Source of the DNA: Candidatus Babeliales bacterium
Lineage (GTDB): Bacteria; Babelota; Babeliae; Babelales; Vermiphilaceae
Assembly (NCBI GenBank): GCA_963743635.1
Contig: CAVUQO010000003.1
Span: 32,001 to 96,000, forward strand
Reading direction: 5' to 3'
Length of the DNA stretch: 64,000 bases
Part shown: one piece after another, positions 41,186 through 51,790 of the stretch
How the letters are laid out: each line of letters opens with the position of its first letter
Position numbering within the stretch: position 1 is the first letter of the stretch
Program-made: the position numbers and the translations under genes
Notes under the pieces: generated by a model
What the model was told of the DNA's origin: nothing
Databases searched by the model: none
The model's input: only the letters and a program-made list of their open reading frames with translations

Positions 41186-43177
41186 CTAGAATTTGAATTC
41201 AAGACCAAGGTTGACCGTAAAGGCAATATCATCACTAATATTTGGCACTCTATCAAGCGAATGGCCCTTCTCATTAAAGTTCTCAAGCGCTCTTAACTGA
41301 TCTTTGCTCGTTGGTTTACCTTTAATATCAGTGAAATGCTTACCTGGTACAAATGCAGACCATACCACATAGAATTTTAACGGTTCAGATAAGTAGAAAT
41401 CGAAGAACGTGTTAAATTCTGTTCCTAAATAGGTACTTGCTGGTTTATCAATATCCACACGAGATGGAATATCAAATCTGCGCGTTGGGCTTTCTTGCCA
41501 GTATGCAATGATATTTGGATGAACTTTAAATCTTCTGGTCACATTCATCGGTTCCCACTTCATACTGGTACCGACAAATATAATGTTGGTAAATCCAGAA
41601 ATGGTGGTTGAGAATTTGCCGGGAGCTAATTTTGAAGCATTTATGTCAGAGAAGAAACGTTTTATTTTTCCTGCACCACCCAGCAAGAACGCACTCAATA
41701 CGCGATCACCAGTATAGATTTCTTGTAACCCAATAAACCCGCGATAATTACTATCTTTAGTTTCACTGTTAGGGTTATCATCACCAGACGCTACGCCGGC
41801 CATTGCCGCAAATCGAAGATCTTTATTATGCGCCCATGTCGCGAGATCACAAATAAACATCCAACCTTCATAAGTATTATTGTATGGATTTCTAAAGCGA
41901 TCTTTAGAGTTGTAAAGTTCTACTGGTGCTGTTAATCCGGCAAAATTCTTTTCAACAGTACCGATGAGATCGCCATTATTCAATTCATTTGGATCAGCAC
42001 TATCGATAAATGCTTGCGCTTCTTTGCCTGGAGCAGTGCTGCTATCATGCGGAACCTTAGGGGTTTTCTTTCCAGTTGCATCAATTGCATAAGCCTGACT
42101 ATTCACTTCCGTTAATGCGGCATTAACGTTCGTAATTTCGATTTGGTTACGATCCCAACCTTTTACTTTTTGTCGGCCCATATTTTTCGCATATTCAAAG
42201 CCAAATTCAAAACGATCGCCCTTATATTCAGTCGCTAAACCGAAGGTTGCTAGCTTACTGTTTGAGTCCCCACGGAACTCTACCATTTGTTCAGGAGCAT
42301 TATTATAGAGCATGTATGGTTCGATGACGCATGAACCAAGATTGTTGTCAAAAGCGGTCCAGAAGAATCGCGCAGCGGTTAGGAAGTTGATAACCCCAAA
42401 TCCACGCTCAGGACACGATCGTACGCCATTATCAAATGCCTGTTGTTGTATTTTAGCGCCGGTTTCTCCAAGGCCATTTGCATAATTTTCTATGATTGAA
42501 ACATAGAAGTCATACGTCAATACATCAGGGATAAAGTCACCAGTGATTTCCGCACCTGGAGCAAACTGGTCAATAACCGCTTCGCTATAGAAACCAAGAA
42601 AGCTTGGCCCGACGGCATAAGCCTCACCCAGCGAGATACCGCGTCCGAGTTTGAACGGGAAGAACCCAATCTTAAAGGTGTGAGTGTTTTTCATGGTTAA
42701 GCCAAGGGTTTTGGCCATATTGAATGATAACCATAACTCACGCAATGTAATCTTTAAACGAGTATCAGTGTGTCGGTGTGCGCCAAATGTAGTATCGCCG
42801 AGCCGAACGTTTGATTCTGTGGTAACACCATTTGCACTGGTGCTGCCAAAGTTGGCCCTGTTACGCAAAGTTACGGTCGAATTGATGATTTCTTCACTAT
42901 AAATGCGCTTACCATACCCTATCTTGAGCGTTTCATCCCAAATATGTCGAAAGTAAATTGTTTTATCAGTAGCCAATTCATTTCGGTTTAAGTACGTATT
43001 GCCTCTTGCATAGAACGATTCTTCTTTTAGCTTACCTGCGAGGCTCAAGCTAACGTCGCTCTTTTCATCATAAACAGAGAATTTTGCCTCCAGAGCTTGG
43101 ACGCAAAAAAATAAAACAATATATATAAATAGGGGTAAGGATTGAATCCTAATTTTCATGCTATCCTCGGCAGACAA
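41186..43177 (-). CDS. Outer-membrane beta-barrel protein (possibly alginate-export-like)
   Basis: Signal peptide, alternating aromatic strands, ASGDDNP, YLGTEFN, C-terminal LGLEFKF beta-signal. Confidence 0.65.
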   Translation of the reverse strand: MSAEDSMKIRIQSLPLFIYIVLFFCVQALEAKFSVYDEKSDVSLSLAGKLKEESFYARGNTYLNRNELATDKTIYFRHIWDETLKIGYGKRIYSEEIINSTVTLRNRANFGSTSANGVTTESNVRLGDTTFGAHRHTDTRLKITLRELWLSFNMAKTLGLTMKNTHTFKIGFFPFKLGRGISLGEAYAVGPSFLGFYSEAVIDQFAPGAEITGDFIPDVLTYDFYVSIIENYANGLGETGAKIQQQAFDNGVRSCPERGFGVINFLTAARFFWTAFDNNLGSCVIEPYMLYNNAPEQMVEFRGDSNSKLATFGLATEYKGDRFEFGFEYAKNMGRQKVKGWDRNQIEITNVNAALTEVNSQAYAIDATGKKTPKVPHDSSTAPGKEAQAFIDSADPNELNNGDLIGTVEKNFAGLTAPVELYNSKDRFRNPYNNTYEGWMFICDLATWAHNKDLRFAAMAGVASGDDNPNSETKDSNYRGFIGLQEIYTGDRVLSAFLLGGAGKIKRFFSDINASKLAPGKFSTTISGFTNIIFVGTSMKWEPMNVTRRFKVHPNIIAYWQESPTRRFDIPSRVDIDKPASTYLGTEFNTFFDFYLSEPLKFYVVWSAFVPGKHFTDIKGKPTSKDQLRALENFNEKGHSLDRVPNISDDIAFTVNLGLEFKF

Positions 43178-43305
43178 TAGGCAAATAAGCGTGATATATA
43201 CGCATTAACGAACAGGCCCCTGAATGGGTCCTTACTGACATGATTAAGCAATTTATATTGAAGCGATCAACGGGTTAAACCCCATTATATCGCCCGAATT
43301 ATAAC

Positions 43306-43365
43306 CCAGGCTTCGCTTTTACTTCGAAGTTTTTACTCCACGAGGTGTTTTGCTTCGTTGGGTTA
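43306..43365. repeat. REP-like palindromic element
   Basis: Reverse complement (cgaagcaaaacacctcgtggagtaaaaacttcgaagtaaaagcgaag) aligns with 37773-37819. Confidence 0.65.
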
Positions 43366-43552
43366 TTCTATTCGCTTTCAACCATGAATTAAAACTCATG
43401 ACTTCCGCGAAGTAGAATAAAATATACTGCGCATGCAGGGTGAATAATGCTTATAAAATAGTAATAATATTGGAGAAATTGTCAAGTTGTATCGTTATAC
43501 TATATGCTTAAAATCACCTATTTTTAGTCCCTAAAACACGAGATTGTGAATT

Positions 43553-44464
43553 ATGGTATCCCACAAAAAATCGCGCCTTCTTTTGGGCGCACATATGTCT
43601 ATTTCTGGTGGATTTGAAAAGGCTATCGAACGAGGCATCTCTATCGGCTGCACCACGATTCAGATATTCACCAAAAGCAATCGTCAATGGAATGCGAACC
43701 CTATCACCGATGAGCAAGCAGAGCTGTTTCGATCGGCTGTAAAGGAATCTAATATAGATCCTATCGTCACCCATGCCACCTATTTAATTAATCTCGGAGC
43801 CTCCGACAAGACGATTGCAGAAAAATCTACTAAAGCTCTTATCAAGGAACTGGAGCGCTGCGCGTTGCTGGGGATTCCTTACTTAGTCCTTCATCCAGGA
43901 TCATATGGCAGGGGCGATGAAGAAGCATGCCTCGAGCGCATCGCTCAAAATCTTGATACGGCGCTTGAAACCGATACCGGTCGCACCAAAATATTGCTCG
44001 AAATTATGGCAGGCCAGGGAAGCTCCGTTTGCTACACGTTCGAACAACTTGCAACTATACGCAGACTATCGCACCATAAACAACGGCTAGGGGTCTGCAT
44101 TGATACGTGCCATGCCTTTGCGGCCGGCTACGATTTTACTACTCCGCACGGATATAAGGCCATGTGGGATGAATTTGATAAGCTTATTGGGCTTAATCAC
44201 CTTTATGCTATTCATATCAATGACTCCAAGAAAGAATTGGGCTCACGCGTTGATAGACATGAGGATATCGGCAAGGGAAAGATCGGGCTTGAAGCCTTTG
44301 AGTTGCTCTTTAATGATCCTCGTTTTTTCGATGTTCCAAAGATTCTGGAAACGCCCGAAAATAAGCAAGAAAAGGATATTATGAAAGATTACGTCCGCAA
44401 TATGCGAACTATTGGAAAGCTCTTGAGCGAGGCTACAAAGAAGAAATTGAGTATAGATGGGTAG
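43553..44464 (+). CDS. nfo: Endonuclease IV (AP endonuclease)
   Basis: LGAHMSISGG, HATYLINL, LHPG, LLEIMAGQG, CIDTCHAFAAG, HINDSK..SRVDRHE. Confidence 0.95.
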   Translation: MVSHKKSRLLLGAHMSISGGFEKAIERGISIGCTTIQIFTKSNRQWNANPITDEQAELFRSAVKESNIDPIVTHATYLINLGASDKTIAEKSTKALIKELERCALLGIPYLVLHPGSYGRGDEEACLERIAQNLDTALETDTGRTKILLEIMAGQGSSVCYTFEQLATIRRLSHHKQRLGVCIDTCHAFAAGYDFTTPHGYKAMWDEFDKLIGLNHLYAIHINDSKKELGSRVDRHEDIGKGKIGLEAFELLFNDPRFFDVPKILETPENKQEKDIMKDYVRNMRTIGKLLSEATKKKLSIDG

Positions 44465-45138
44465 AAATAGAAATGAGAAAAGTAACGAACTGAAATCTAA
44501 AAATGAGCTAAGAAGGAATTGTAGCCTAAATCTTTTGATCTCAATCTGTTACTTTTCTCAGTAAGCAGTGCATCTAACCATACTTCCCTAAGCATTTCTA
44601 CTAGGAGGAGTAAAAGACACTATACATTTTCTTATATCTGGCATAAAAGACAATGAAACCAATATACCAAAAAACGCAACAACAATAAATGCCTTATTTA
44701 AGCACTTATTTCATCCTTTTTTATTGTTTTGCGCAAAATGCAACGCAAAAGCAACATCAATTTTTTATCGATTTTTCATGCATTAGGTTACAGCATGTAA
44801 CATATGTGCAACAAATCAATCTTGTACTCATTACAATATGAATCCTTTTGAACGCTGCATCTCTCCATCATCGATAGATATTTGGCTTACGATCTTCAAA
44901 TTCTCACCCCTTGTTGCTCTCGAATCATTAGCCGCAACAAAGCGTCTTGCTTTAAGGTTGTGTCTCTATCGGGTGGATTTTGTTGCTCTAACGGCTGATT
45001 TTGCCTGTTAGGCAAGATATATGGGCCGGCGAGTAGGATATATCCAGACCTAGTGGGGCTGGTTATAGCTCTAATGTGGTCGATTTTAGGGGACAGTTAA
45101 TAGATGCTATATCGACACCTAAACAGCTTATCAAGCAA

Positions 45139-45170
45139 AAGCGGGCGACTCTTTGGGGAATCGCCCGCTT
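45139..45170. terminator. Terminator after infB (bidirectional shape)
   Basis: AAGCGGGCGA/TCGCCCGCTT with A and T flanks. Confidence 0.7.
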
Positions 45171-45214
45171 ATTTTTTCAGAATAATTCTTTGGTTTTTAT
45201 CAACCTAAAGAAAT

Positions 45215-47299
45215 CTATTTAGCTGCTTTTTTCTTTTCTGTAGATGGTTTATCGATAAAGCATTCAGCACGATCGCCTTCTTGCCATGAATCGATATCCT
45301 GCACGATAAAGCCGCACTCGTAGCCCGCATGGACTTCTTTGACGGTCTTTTTATCGCGCTGCAAGCTGCGGATTTTGCCTTCGCCTATCTTTTGTCTTCC
45401 ACGCCATGCTACCACATATCCATCTCGAGAGAAAATACCGTCTTTGATGTAACAACCGGCAATAACACCAATGTTTTTAACATCAAATACTTTGCGTACT
45501 TCAGCTTCACCAATCTTAGTGCGAACCATTTCAACTTCTTGTTTTGATTCTACTAAGGCTTCTAAAGCTTCTAATAACTTGTAAATAATATCGAACTGAT
45601 ACAACGGAACTCGATACTTGCGCACTAATTCCTTAGCTTGCGCATTTACCTTTGCATGGAATGCAATCAATGACGAACCGGTGTTTGTTGCGAGCATTAC
45701 ATCACTTTCTGTAATATCGCCCACACCCGCATAAATCACGTTAAATTCATGTTTTATTTTTTTACTTAACTTATGCAATGAACCAAGTAACGCTTCCTTA
45801 GAAGAGTCTGTATCGGTTTTAATAATGCATGTTAATACATGTTTTCCTGAGCCTGAAAACGCGAGCTGTTTATTCTTGCGTTCATCACGCAATGCTGCAC
45901 GTGCTCTGACATATTGTTCTTTTGATATAACTTCAAAATAACTACCTGCCTCAGGTAAATCATCAAAACCAACTACCTGCACCGGCATTTTTGCATCTGC
46001 ACGTTTTACTGATTTGCCGAAAGAATCGAACATCGCAGTTACTTTACCTACGGTAGTACCGCACGTGAAGTAATCGCCGACATCTACATGCCCATGACGA
46101 CACAATAATGTTGCAACAGTACCGCGACCACGTTCAAGCTTTGACTCAAGGATATATCCTTTGCCTTCTTGCGTGAAATCGGCTTTTAATTCTTGCATTT
46201 GCGATTGCAAAATAATCATATCAAGAAGTTGGTCTACACCAGTTCCTTCTTTTGCAGAAACAGGAACAACAACGGTCTGACCGCCCCATTCTTCAGGAAG
46301 CAAATCATGTTTTGAAAGATCGCGCTTAACCACTTCAAGCTGGGCCTTATCGACCTTATCAATTTTATTGATCGCAACGATAATAGGTACGCCCATTTCT
46401 TTGATATGCTTTAATGCTTCGATGGTTTGCGGCATAACGCTATCATCTGCAGCTACTACAAGTACCGCGATATCAGCAGCGCGAACGCCGCGAACTCGCA
46501 TTTTTGAGAAAGCTTCGTGTCCAGGAGTATCGATAAAAATAACGTCGCCATGCGATGTGTGTGCAGCATAAGCACCCAAATGCTGGGTAATTCCACCTTT
46601 TTCACGGCTCGCAACGCGCGTTTTACGGATATAATCGAGTAATGTTGTTTTGCCATGATCGACGTGGCCAACGACCACCACAACGGGCGGACGCTCTTTT
46701 AACGTGCCACCAGTAAGCGATTGAAGCGCAGCTTTAGTTTTATCTTCTACCAGCTTTGGCTTTTCGATAGGAATTTCATAATGAGCAGCCAACTTTTCAA
46801 CTGCTTCTTCGGGAATGAATTGATTTTTTGTCGCCACAACACCCATACGCAATAATGTCATAATGACATCGGTAACTGGCTGATGCATGCGCTCTGCGAC
46901 ATCGCCCACACTCATCGATTCGAGCGTTAAAAGCAATGGCTCTTGAACTTTCTTTTCAAGAAGATCAACACGTTGCTCTCTTCTTGAAAAGAACACTTTT
47001 TTGGTATTTTTTTTGGGTTTTTTTTCTAGGATTTCGACATTATCTTTTTCAGCAACCCCTGATCGAGCTGCTTTTTTAACGATAATTTTTCCTTTTCGGG
47101 CTGCTCGAGGCTGAGACTCCTCTTGCTCTTCTTTTTCAAAGGTTTCACCTAAAAACTCAATTTGTTCTGGCGTAAGAATAGCCATATGACTTTCTACTTC
47201 AAACCCCACGTCCTGCAGGGCCTGCAATACTTCTTTATTGGAAATATTATATTCTTTGGAAAACTCGTATACCCGCATCGGCTCTATCATCTCGCACAC
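45215..47299 (-). CDS. infB: Translation initiation factor IF-2
   Basis: MRVYE N-terminus (true start possibly 47278), GHVDHGKTT, GGITQH, DTPGHEAF, NKID, GYECG. Confidence 0.96.
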   Translation of the reverse strand: MCEMIEPMRVYEFSKEYNISNKEVLQALQDVGFEVESHMAILTPEQIEFLGETFEKEEQEESQPRAARKGKIIVKKAARSGVAEKDNVEILEKKPKKNTKKVFFSRREQRVDLLEKKVQEPLLLTLESMSVGDVAERMHQPVTDVIMTLLRMGVVATKNQFIPEEAVEKLAAHYEIPIEKPKLVEDKTKAALQSLTGGTLKERPPVVVVVGHVDHGKTTLLDYIRKTRVASREKGGITQHLGAYAAHTSHGDVIFIDTPGHEAFSKMRVRGVRAADIAVLVVAADDSVMPQTIEALKHIKEMGVPIIVAINKIDKVDKAQLEVVKRDLSKHDLLPEEWGGQTVVVPVSAKEGTGVDQLLDMIILQSQMQELKADFTQEGKGYILESKLERGRGTVATLLCRHGHVDVGDYFTCGTTVGKVTAMFDSFGKSVKRADAKMPVQVVGFDDLPEAGSYFEVISKEQYVRARAALRDERKNKQLAFSGSGKHVLTCIIKTDTDSSKEALLGSLHKLSKKIKHEFNVIYAGVGDITESDVMLATNTGSSLIAFHAKVNAQAKELVRKYRVPLYQFDIIYKLLEALEALVESKQEVEMVRTKIGEAEVRKVFDVKNIGVIAGCYIKDGIFSRDGYVVAWRGRQKIGEGKIRSLQRDKKTVKEVHAGYECGFIVQDIDSWQEGDRAECFIDKPSTEKKKAAK

Positions 47300-47339
47300 G
47301 TATTGTATTATTCAAATAATTTTGCGCGCTACACAACAT

Positions 47340-48398
47340 TTAATCACGGTCTAGCGCATCATCCATTTCCTGGTTTCTCTCTTCTTTTTTGCCTTGAACT
47401 ATGTGTAAGTTCATATCAACTAAACGAGAAGCAAGAGATATATTTTGACCCATTTTTCCAATAGCAAGTGATCGCTGATCTTCTTCGAGCCAAATATTTG
47501 CATTTTCATCATCCACCAATTCAACTCTATTGACGACCGCTGGCTTGAGAGAACTCTTCACCATGTCTTCAACAGAATCAACCCACGCGATAACGTCGAT
47601 TTTTTCGCCCTCAAGCTCTTTAAGTATCGGCTTGATACGTACACCGCCCACACCAACACAAGTACCAACAGGGTCGATATTTGGGTCATGTGAAATAACC
47701 ACAACCTTTGACTTGTACCCAGGAGCGCGTACGGCTTTTTTGATTTCAACCAGTTTTTCAAAAACTTCTGGAATTTCTAATTCAAACAACTTGATCAGAA
47801 ACGCCTCAGAAGCACGATCCAATATTAACTGATTTTCATTGCGTGGCTCAGGCAACACTTCTTTAAGGAGCGCGCGAATGGGATATCCAACAATAAATTT
47901 ATCGGTTGGAATAGTCAGAGACTTAGGCAAAAACGCAAGAGCGTCTTGAACCTTAATTGAAATACCGCTGCGTTCGATTTTATGGATAACGCCGTGGATA
48001 ATGGTGCCTTCTTTGGGCTTAAATTCATCGTAAACGGCTGCAGCTTCGATGGCACGTATGCGACTTGCTATAATTTGCTTTGCACGCAAAATCTCAATAC
48101 GGCCAATTTTACCCTCAAAGGGTAACCAGACAGTGGTCCCAGCTTCTAGATCTTTATCTATGTGCCGAGCTTTGCGAACGCTGATTTGAGTATCCTCATC
48201 AACAGCAGTCGCTACCACTTCTTTTTGAACGCTAATTTTAATTTCGTCTGTTTGCTTGTCGTATTCAGCTTTAAGTATAAGATCCGGAAACTTGCGCATA
48301 TATGCAGCAAGCATTCCTTCGCTGATGATGTCCCTTAAGACATCTTTGTCTAAACCACGCTCTTCTACAAGCTCGTCTATAACTCCGGAAAGTTTCAC
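47340..48398 (-). CDS. nusA: Transcription termination/antitermination factor NusA
   Basis: S1 and KH domains, ELEIPEV, DPVGTCVG, EKIDVI, AIGKMGQNI; upstream of infB. Confidence 0.95.
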   Translation of the reverse strand: MKLSGVIDELVEERGLDKDVLRDIISEGMLAAYMRKFPDLILKAEYDKQTDEIKISVQKEVVATAVDEDTQISVRKARHIDKDLEAGTTVWLPFEGKIGRIEILRAKQIIASRIRAIEAAAVYDEFKPKEGTIIHGVIHKIERSGISIKVQDALAFLPKSLTIPTDKFIVGYPIRALLKEVLPEPRNENQLILDRASEAFLIKLFELEIPEVFEKLVEIKKAVRAPGYKSKVVVISHDPNIDPVGTCVGVGGVRIKPILKELEGEKIDVIAWVDSVEDMVKSSLKPAVVNRVELVDDENANIWLEEDQRSLAIGKMGQNISLASRLVDMNLHIVQGKKEERNQEMDDALDRD

Positions 48399-48549
48399 GG
48401 CTTCCTTTGTGCTAAATTGAAAAAATTGTTTTTATCTTAGACTGCTAATGCTTTCTGAAAGAGACCTAAAAGAAAGGTATAGCGTGATACATTGCTACCT
48501 AACTTCTCTTTATAGATATAAATTATATATTAATTTACCAGATCGATCA

Positions 48550-48895
48550 AATTTCTTACATACGTTCGATCTGCTTATTAATAATAATATATATATATAT
48601 AGTTATATATAATAATAATAGGCTAAGCCAAAAGTGGTGGATAACTCAATTTTGACACCATCAATATATCGATCTAATCGCGATATCCGCAAATCCCGCG
48701 GGTGGTGGATAAGTGGTGGATAACTGGTGGACAAAATGTGGATAACTTTTAGACATGCGCTCTGAATCGTGATTCCGGAGATATTTATTTCTAAATCAGC
48801 GATCTGATCGAACTATTTAAAAATAGGCCATTTTTTTACTCCACCACTTATCCACCAGTTATCCACCACTTATCCACCACTTATCCACCAGCACA
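48550..48895. other. Probable chromosomal replication origin (oriC)
   Basis: About ten DnaA-box-like 9-mers (TTATCCACC, one TTATCCACA), AT-rich unwinding element ~48575-48620, DnaA-trio-like CTATTATTATTA next to a GC-rich spacer and a box; + strand looks C-rich to the left and G-rich to the right. Confidence 0.85.
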
Positions 48896-49037
48896 TTAGA
48901 AACTATTGATCTATTTCGCGAATCAGAGCGATTCTGCTTGTAATTATTGGCGTTGGTAACGACGGGATTGGTTAAATATCGTTGATTGCGATATCGGGGT
49001 CGTTTTGAAGGTTTTACATAGAATCTGGTAAAAACGA

Positions 49038-49068
49038 TACGCCGACAGGGGTGTATCCTGCCGGCGTA
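49038..49068 (-). terminator. Hairpin after the clostripain-like gene
   Basis: TACGCCGACAGG/CCTGCCGGCGTA. Confidence 0.55.
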
Positions 49069-49105
49069 GACGATTTATAGGTTGATTTGCTGAGTTATGG
49101 CCTTT

Positions 49106-50518
49106 TTATGCCATAAGGTATTGCGTTAAGAATGTTACCCATTCATTTGACGCTGCAAAGTTCGTTTTTCGATACGATGGATGAATACGCCGCTCTGGGA
49201 AGTAGACCGAAATGCCCCGTGAGTTGCTTAAATTCTTACCGCAGACGTATGCTATGACATTTTTGTCTATGAGCGCTAAGCCTTCAGTAATTGCAGTATG
49301 TAGGGCTGTGGTAAGAGTATTGCCTTCATTAGCATTGGAGAATGTAAAGTATTTCAAGTTGATTTGCAGGTTTGAGAGAAAGTGGTGAAGATCTATGTAG
49401 CTCGGCTCGTCGAAATGGGTGCAGAGTAGTTTGTTTGAGCTGGCGTAAATAGCGTTTTTAACACTATTATTGCTTTGTTTTTTCAAGCATTCGATAAGAA
49501 GGCGCGCAATGGCATTTACATTTCTTTCAACGGCGGTAATTGTATCGAGATTCATTGCTGATTGGGTGAAATCGTCAGTCACCATATCGTATGCTTGGGC
49601 GTACATTTTTACAATGTGCTTAGCAAATGTTTGTTGGTGAGGCGCGTGCGTCAAGAAAGGGCTCAGGGCTTTGGAGTAGTCCCAGCCCGTTGCAAGTTCA
49701 ACTTCTTGCGACCCAACCATGATATGCGCATATGGCTTTACGATATTAGCAACTTCAAGCATAGACATTAAACATGCATCAAAGGCGATAATGCTGAATT
49801 TCTTTCCGCCCAGATAGTTTTTCGTGATGTGCGCAAGAGATTCTTCAAGCTTTTGGTTGGTGAGATAATGGCCGGTTGAGTCATCCCAGCAAATGCCACG
49901 TTGTTCCTTTTCAAGGATGGTCATAATATCAAGAAAACCGATTGATCTATCAAGTTCGAGTTTGTGCGTTGCGTTATTAAACGTAAATAAATCAACAGAG
50001 TTGATAATTTTTCCTGTTGCAGGATCAATAATCCCCGTGCCATGGTTCCAAAAAACGAGCATATAATTATCCGCTGGATATTCATCTACAGCCCATTTAC
50101 AGCATGAAATGAGAGTATTTGAATCGCCACTATCCATTTGTTGCGTATTAGGGTCGTCAGCGTTCATACAAAGGATAGTGTCTTTTTGTATGAAGTAACG
50201 GCGAGTGATCTTTTTGTTGCCATTTATACGAATATCTAAGTGTGCAACGATATTACAGTGATCATTTGAACCTATTGTGGACATCTGTTTGAGGTTGCGG
50301 GCAGCAAATCCACGCAGATCGTTGTCCGCTGCGAGATACACAATAATGGTCCATGGTTTTTTCGATTGCCTGTGATTTGCTGGTAATTTTTTGAGCGTAA
50401 GAGATTCGAGTGGCGTGCCAAGAAATTCTAAGTCCGTATGCGCTTGTGCTGGTGTTATGAGTAGTAAGAGTAGCGTGTATAAGCATGCTTGGTATGTGTA
50501 TGTGTTATAACCCTTCAT
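49106..50518 (-). CDS. Clostripain-like cysteine peptidase (C11)
   Basis: WTIIVYLAADNDL, YPADNYMLVFWNHGTG, IAFDACLMSMLEV, VGSQE; AAGGAG RBS before ATG 50518; signal peptide. Confidence 0.9.
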   Translation of the reverse strand: MKGYNTYTYQACLYTLLLLLITPAQAHTDLEFLGTPLESLTLKKLPANHRQSKKPWTIIVYLAADNDLRGFAARNLKQMSTIGSNDHCNIVAHLDIRINGNKKITRRYFIQKDTILCMNADDPNTQQMDSGDSNTLISCCKWAVDEYPADNYMLVFWNHGTGIIDPATGKIINSVDLFTFNNATHKLELDRSIGFLDIMTILEKEQRGICWDDSTGHYLTNQKLEESLAHITKNYLGGKKFSIIAFDACLMSMLEVANIVKPYAHIMVGSQEVELATGWDYSKALSPFLTHAPHQQTFAKHIVKMYAQAYDMVTDDFTQSAMNLDTITAVERNVNAIARLLIECLKKQSNNSVKNAIYASSNKLLCTHFDEPSYIDLHHFLSNLQINLKYFTFSNANEGNTLTTALHTAITEGLALIDKNVIAYVCGKNLSNSRGISVYFPERRIHPSYRKTNFAASNEWVTFLTQYLMA

Positions 50519-50568
50519 AGCGTTCTCCTTTGTAACGGGCATAATTTTACACATAATACTTTATTTTT

Positions 50569-51690
50569 TTATGCAGAAGCAATTGTATGTTTTTCTATCT
50601 TAGTTTGATAGGTTTTCAAGAGGTGTAACCATGCGAGAGCAAAGGTAATTCCAAAGCTTAATTGGAAATCAAGATAAAATATATGCAGTGGATTTTGGAT
50701 CAAAAGATAAAATGCGGTGATGGTTAAAAGATGAAGGTTGTTGTAGTAGTGATACCAGATGCAAGAGCAGGCCTTGCAGAGAAAAAAGGTGCTGAGCGCG
50801 CGTACAAACGAAATACTAGACCAACTAAGTAATGCATAGATCATGACAAGAAGGGCGATGCAAAGTTGTTTATACAAAAAAGGAATTGCGATGATTCTGA
50901 AAAACCAAACCCAAAGAGCGACAATTAATACCAAGTGCAGGCCCGAGCGGGCAAGGTAATGGGAAAGGCCCCAGCGCCTAAATTGCTCTTTTATTGATTC
51001 ATAACAAGAGCTTGTATACGTTTTGTTCCCGAGAAATAATGATGCATAGAGGGATTTTGCAACTGGTATCAGCGATTGCGTGGCCCGTTTGGTGACCAAA
51101 ATCTTGGTATTATATATCCATCTTTTATATGAGAAGGTTGGTTTTGAGTGATATGACGGCACGATCTTGGGGGTGAATATGGTTGCAATTGTTTGCTCGC
51201 GCATAAGGTGCCCTCTGTATGAGGACTGAGGCGGTTTCTTGCATTGCACATTTTCAAGGGTGATGACGTCATCTACCTCCACAGAAGGATATGAGCTTAC
51301 ATATATATGTATCTTATGGTGGGGATTGAACCAAGAGGTTGAGGTGCCATTAATAGAATTAAGAGAAAGCACTACCAAATTTTTAAAAATACGATGATTT
51401 GTTTTTTGAATGTCGGTGACTACGCCTGTTATCATTATAGGAGTGGTAGGAATTTGGGCTGCTGCCTTTTCGTAGAGCAAGGCGTAACCGTTATGCGCAA
51501 CGCATCCAAAAGCAACCATGCCACACACCCATATAATAAGGTGTATGCGGTATTTAAAAAAAGTGAGTAACCCGATTGCCATGCACAGGGGAATAAGCAA
51601 TAAAGAGTGATTATGAAATGATATGCCCAGGATAAAACCGCATAGATAGTATATAATGGGTGGCACGTGGGTAATGAAAAAGGATCCCAT
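50569..51690 (-). CDS. comEC: ComEC/Rec2 family competence membrane protein (no beta-lactamase-like domain)
   Basis: GLSHYLARSGLHL, SFVRA, DFQLSF; multiple TMs. Confidence 0.85.
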   Translation of the reverse strand: MGSFFITHVPPIIYYLCGFILGISFHNHSLLLIPLCMAIGLLTFFKYRIHLIIWVCGMVAFGCVAHNGYALLYEKAAAQIPTTPIMITGVVTDIQKTNHRIFKNLVVLSLNSINGTSTSWFNPHHKIHIYVSSYPSVEVDDVITLENVQCKKPPQSSYRGHLMREQTIATIFTPKIVPSYHSKPTFSYKRWIYNTKILVTKRATQSLIPVAKSLYASLFLGNKTYTSSCYESIKEQFRRWGLSHYLARSGLHLVLIVALWVWFFRIIAIPFLYKQLCIALLVMIYALLSWSSISFVRALSTFFLCKACSCIWYHYYNNLHLLTITAFYLLIQNPLHIFYLDFQLSFGITFALAWLHLLKTYQTKIEKHTIASA

Positions 51691-51790
51691 TGATAGTATT
51701 CTATTGATATGTGAGTTGATGAATTGTCATTATTACTTTATCACATTTTTGCCATTATTAAAAAATATTACGTAGTATAGCGGGTTTTTA

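Noticed and set aside
48700..48890. 11-bp tandem repeats as CRISPR, plasmid iterons or a simple VNTR
   Set aside because: No spacers and no rep gene; units are DnaA-box-like and sit beside an AT-rich element in a chromosomal context
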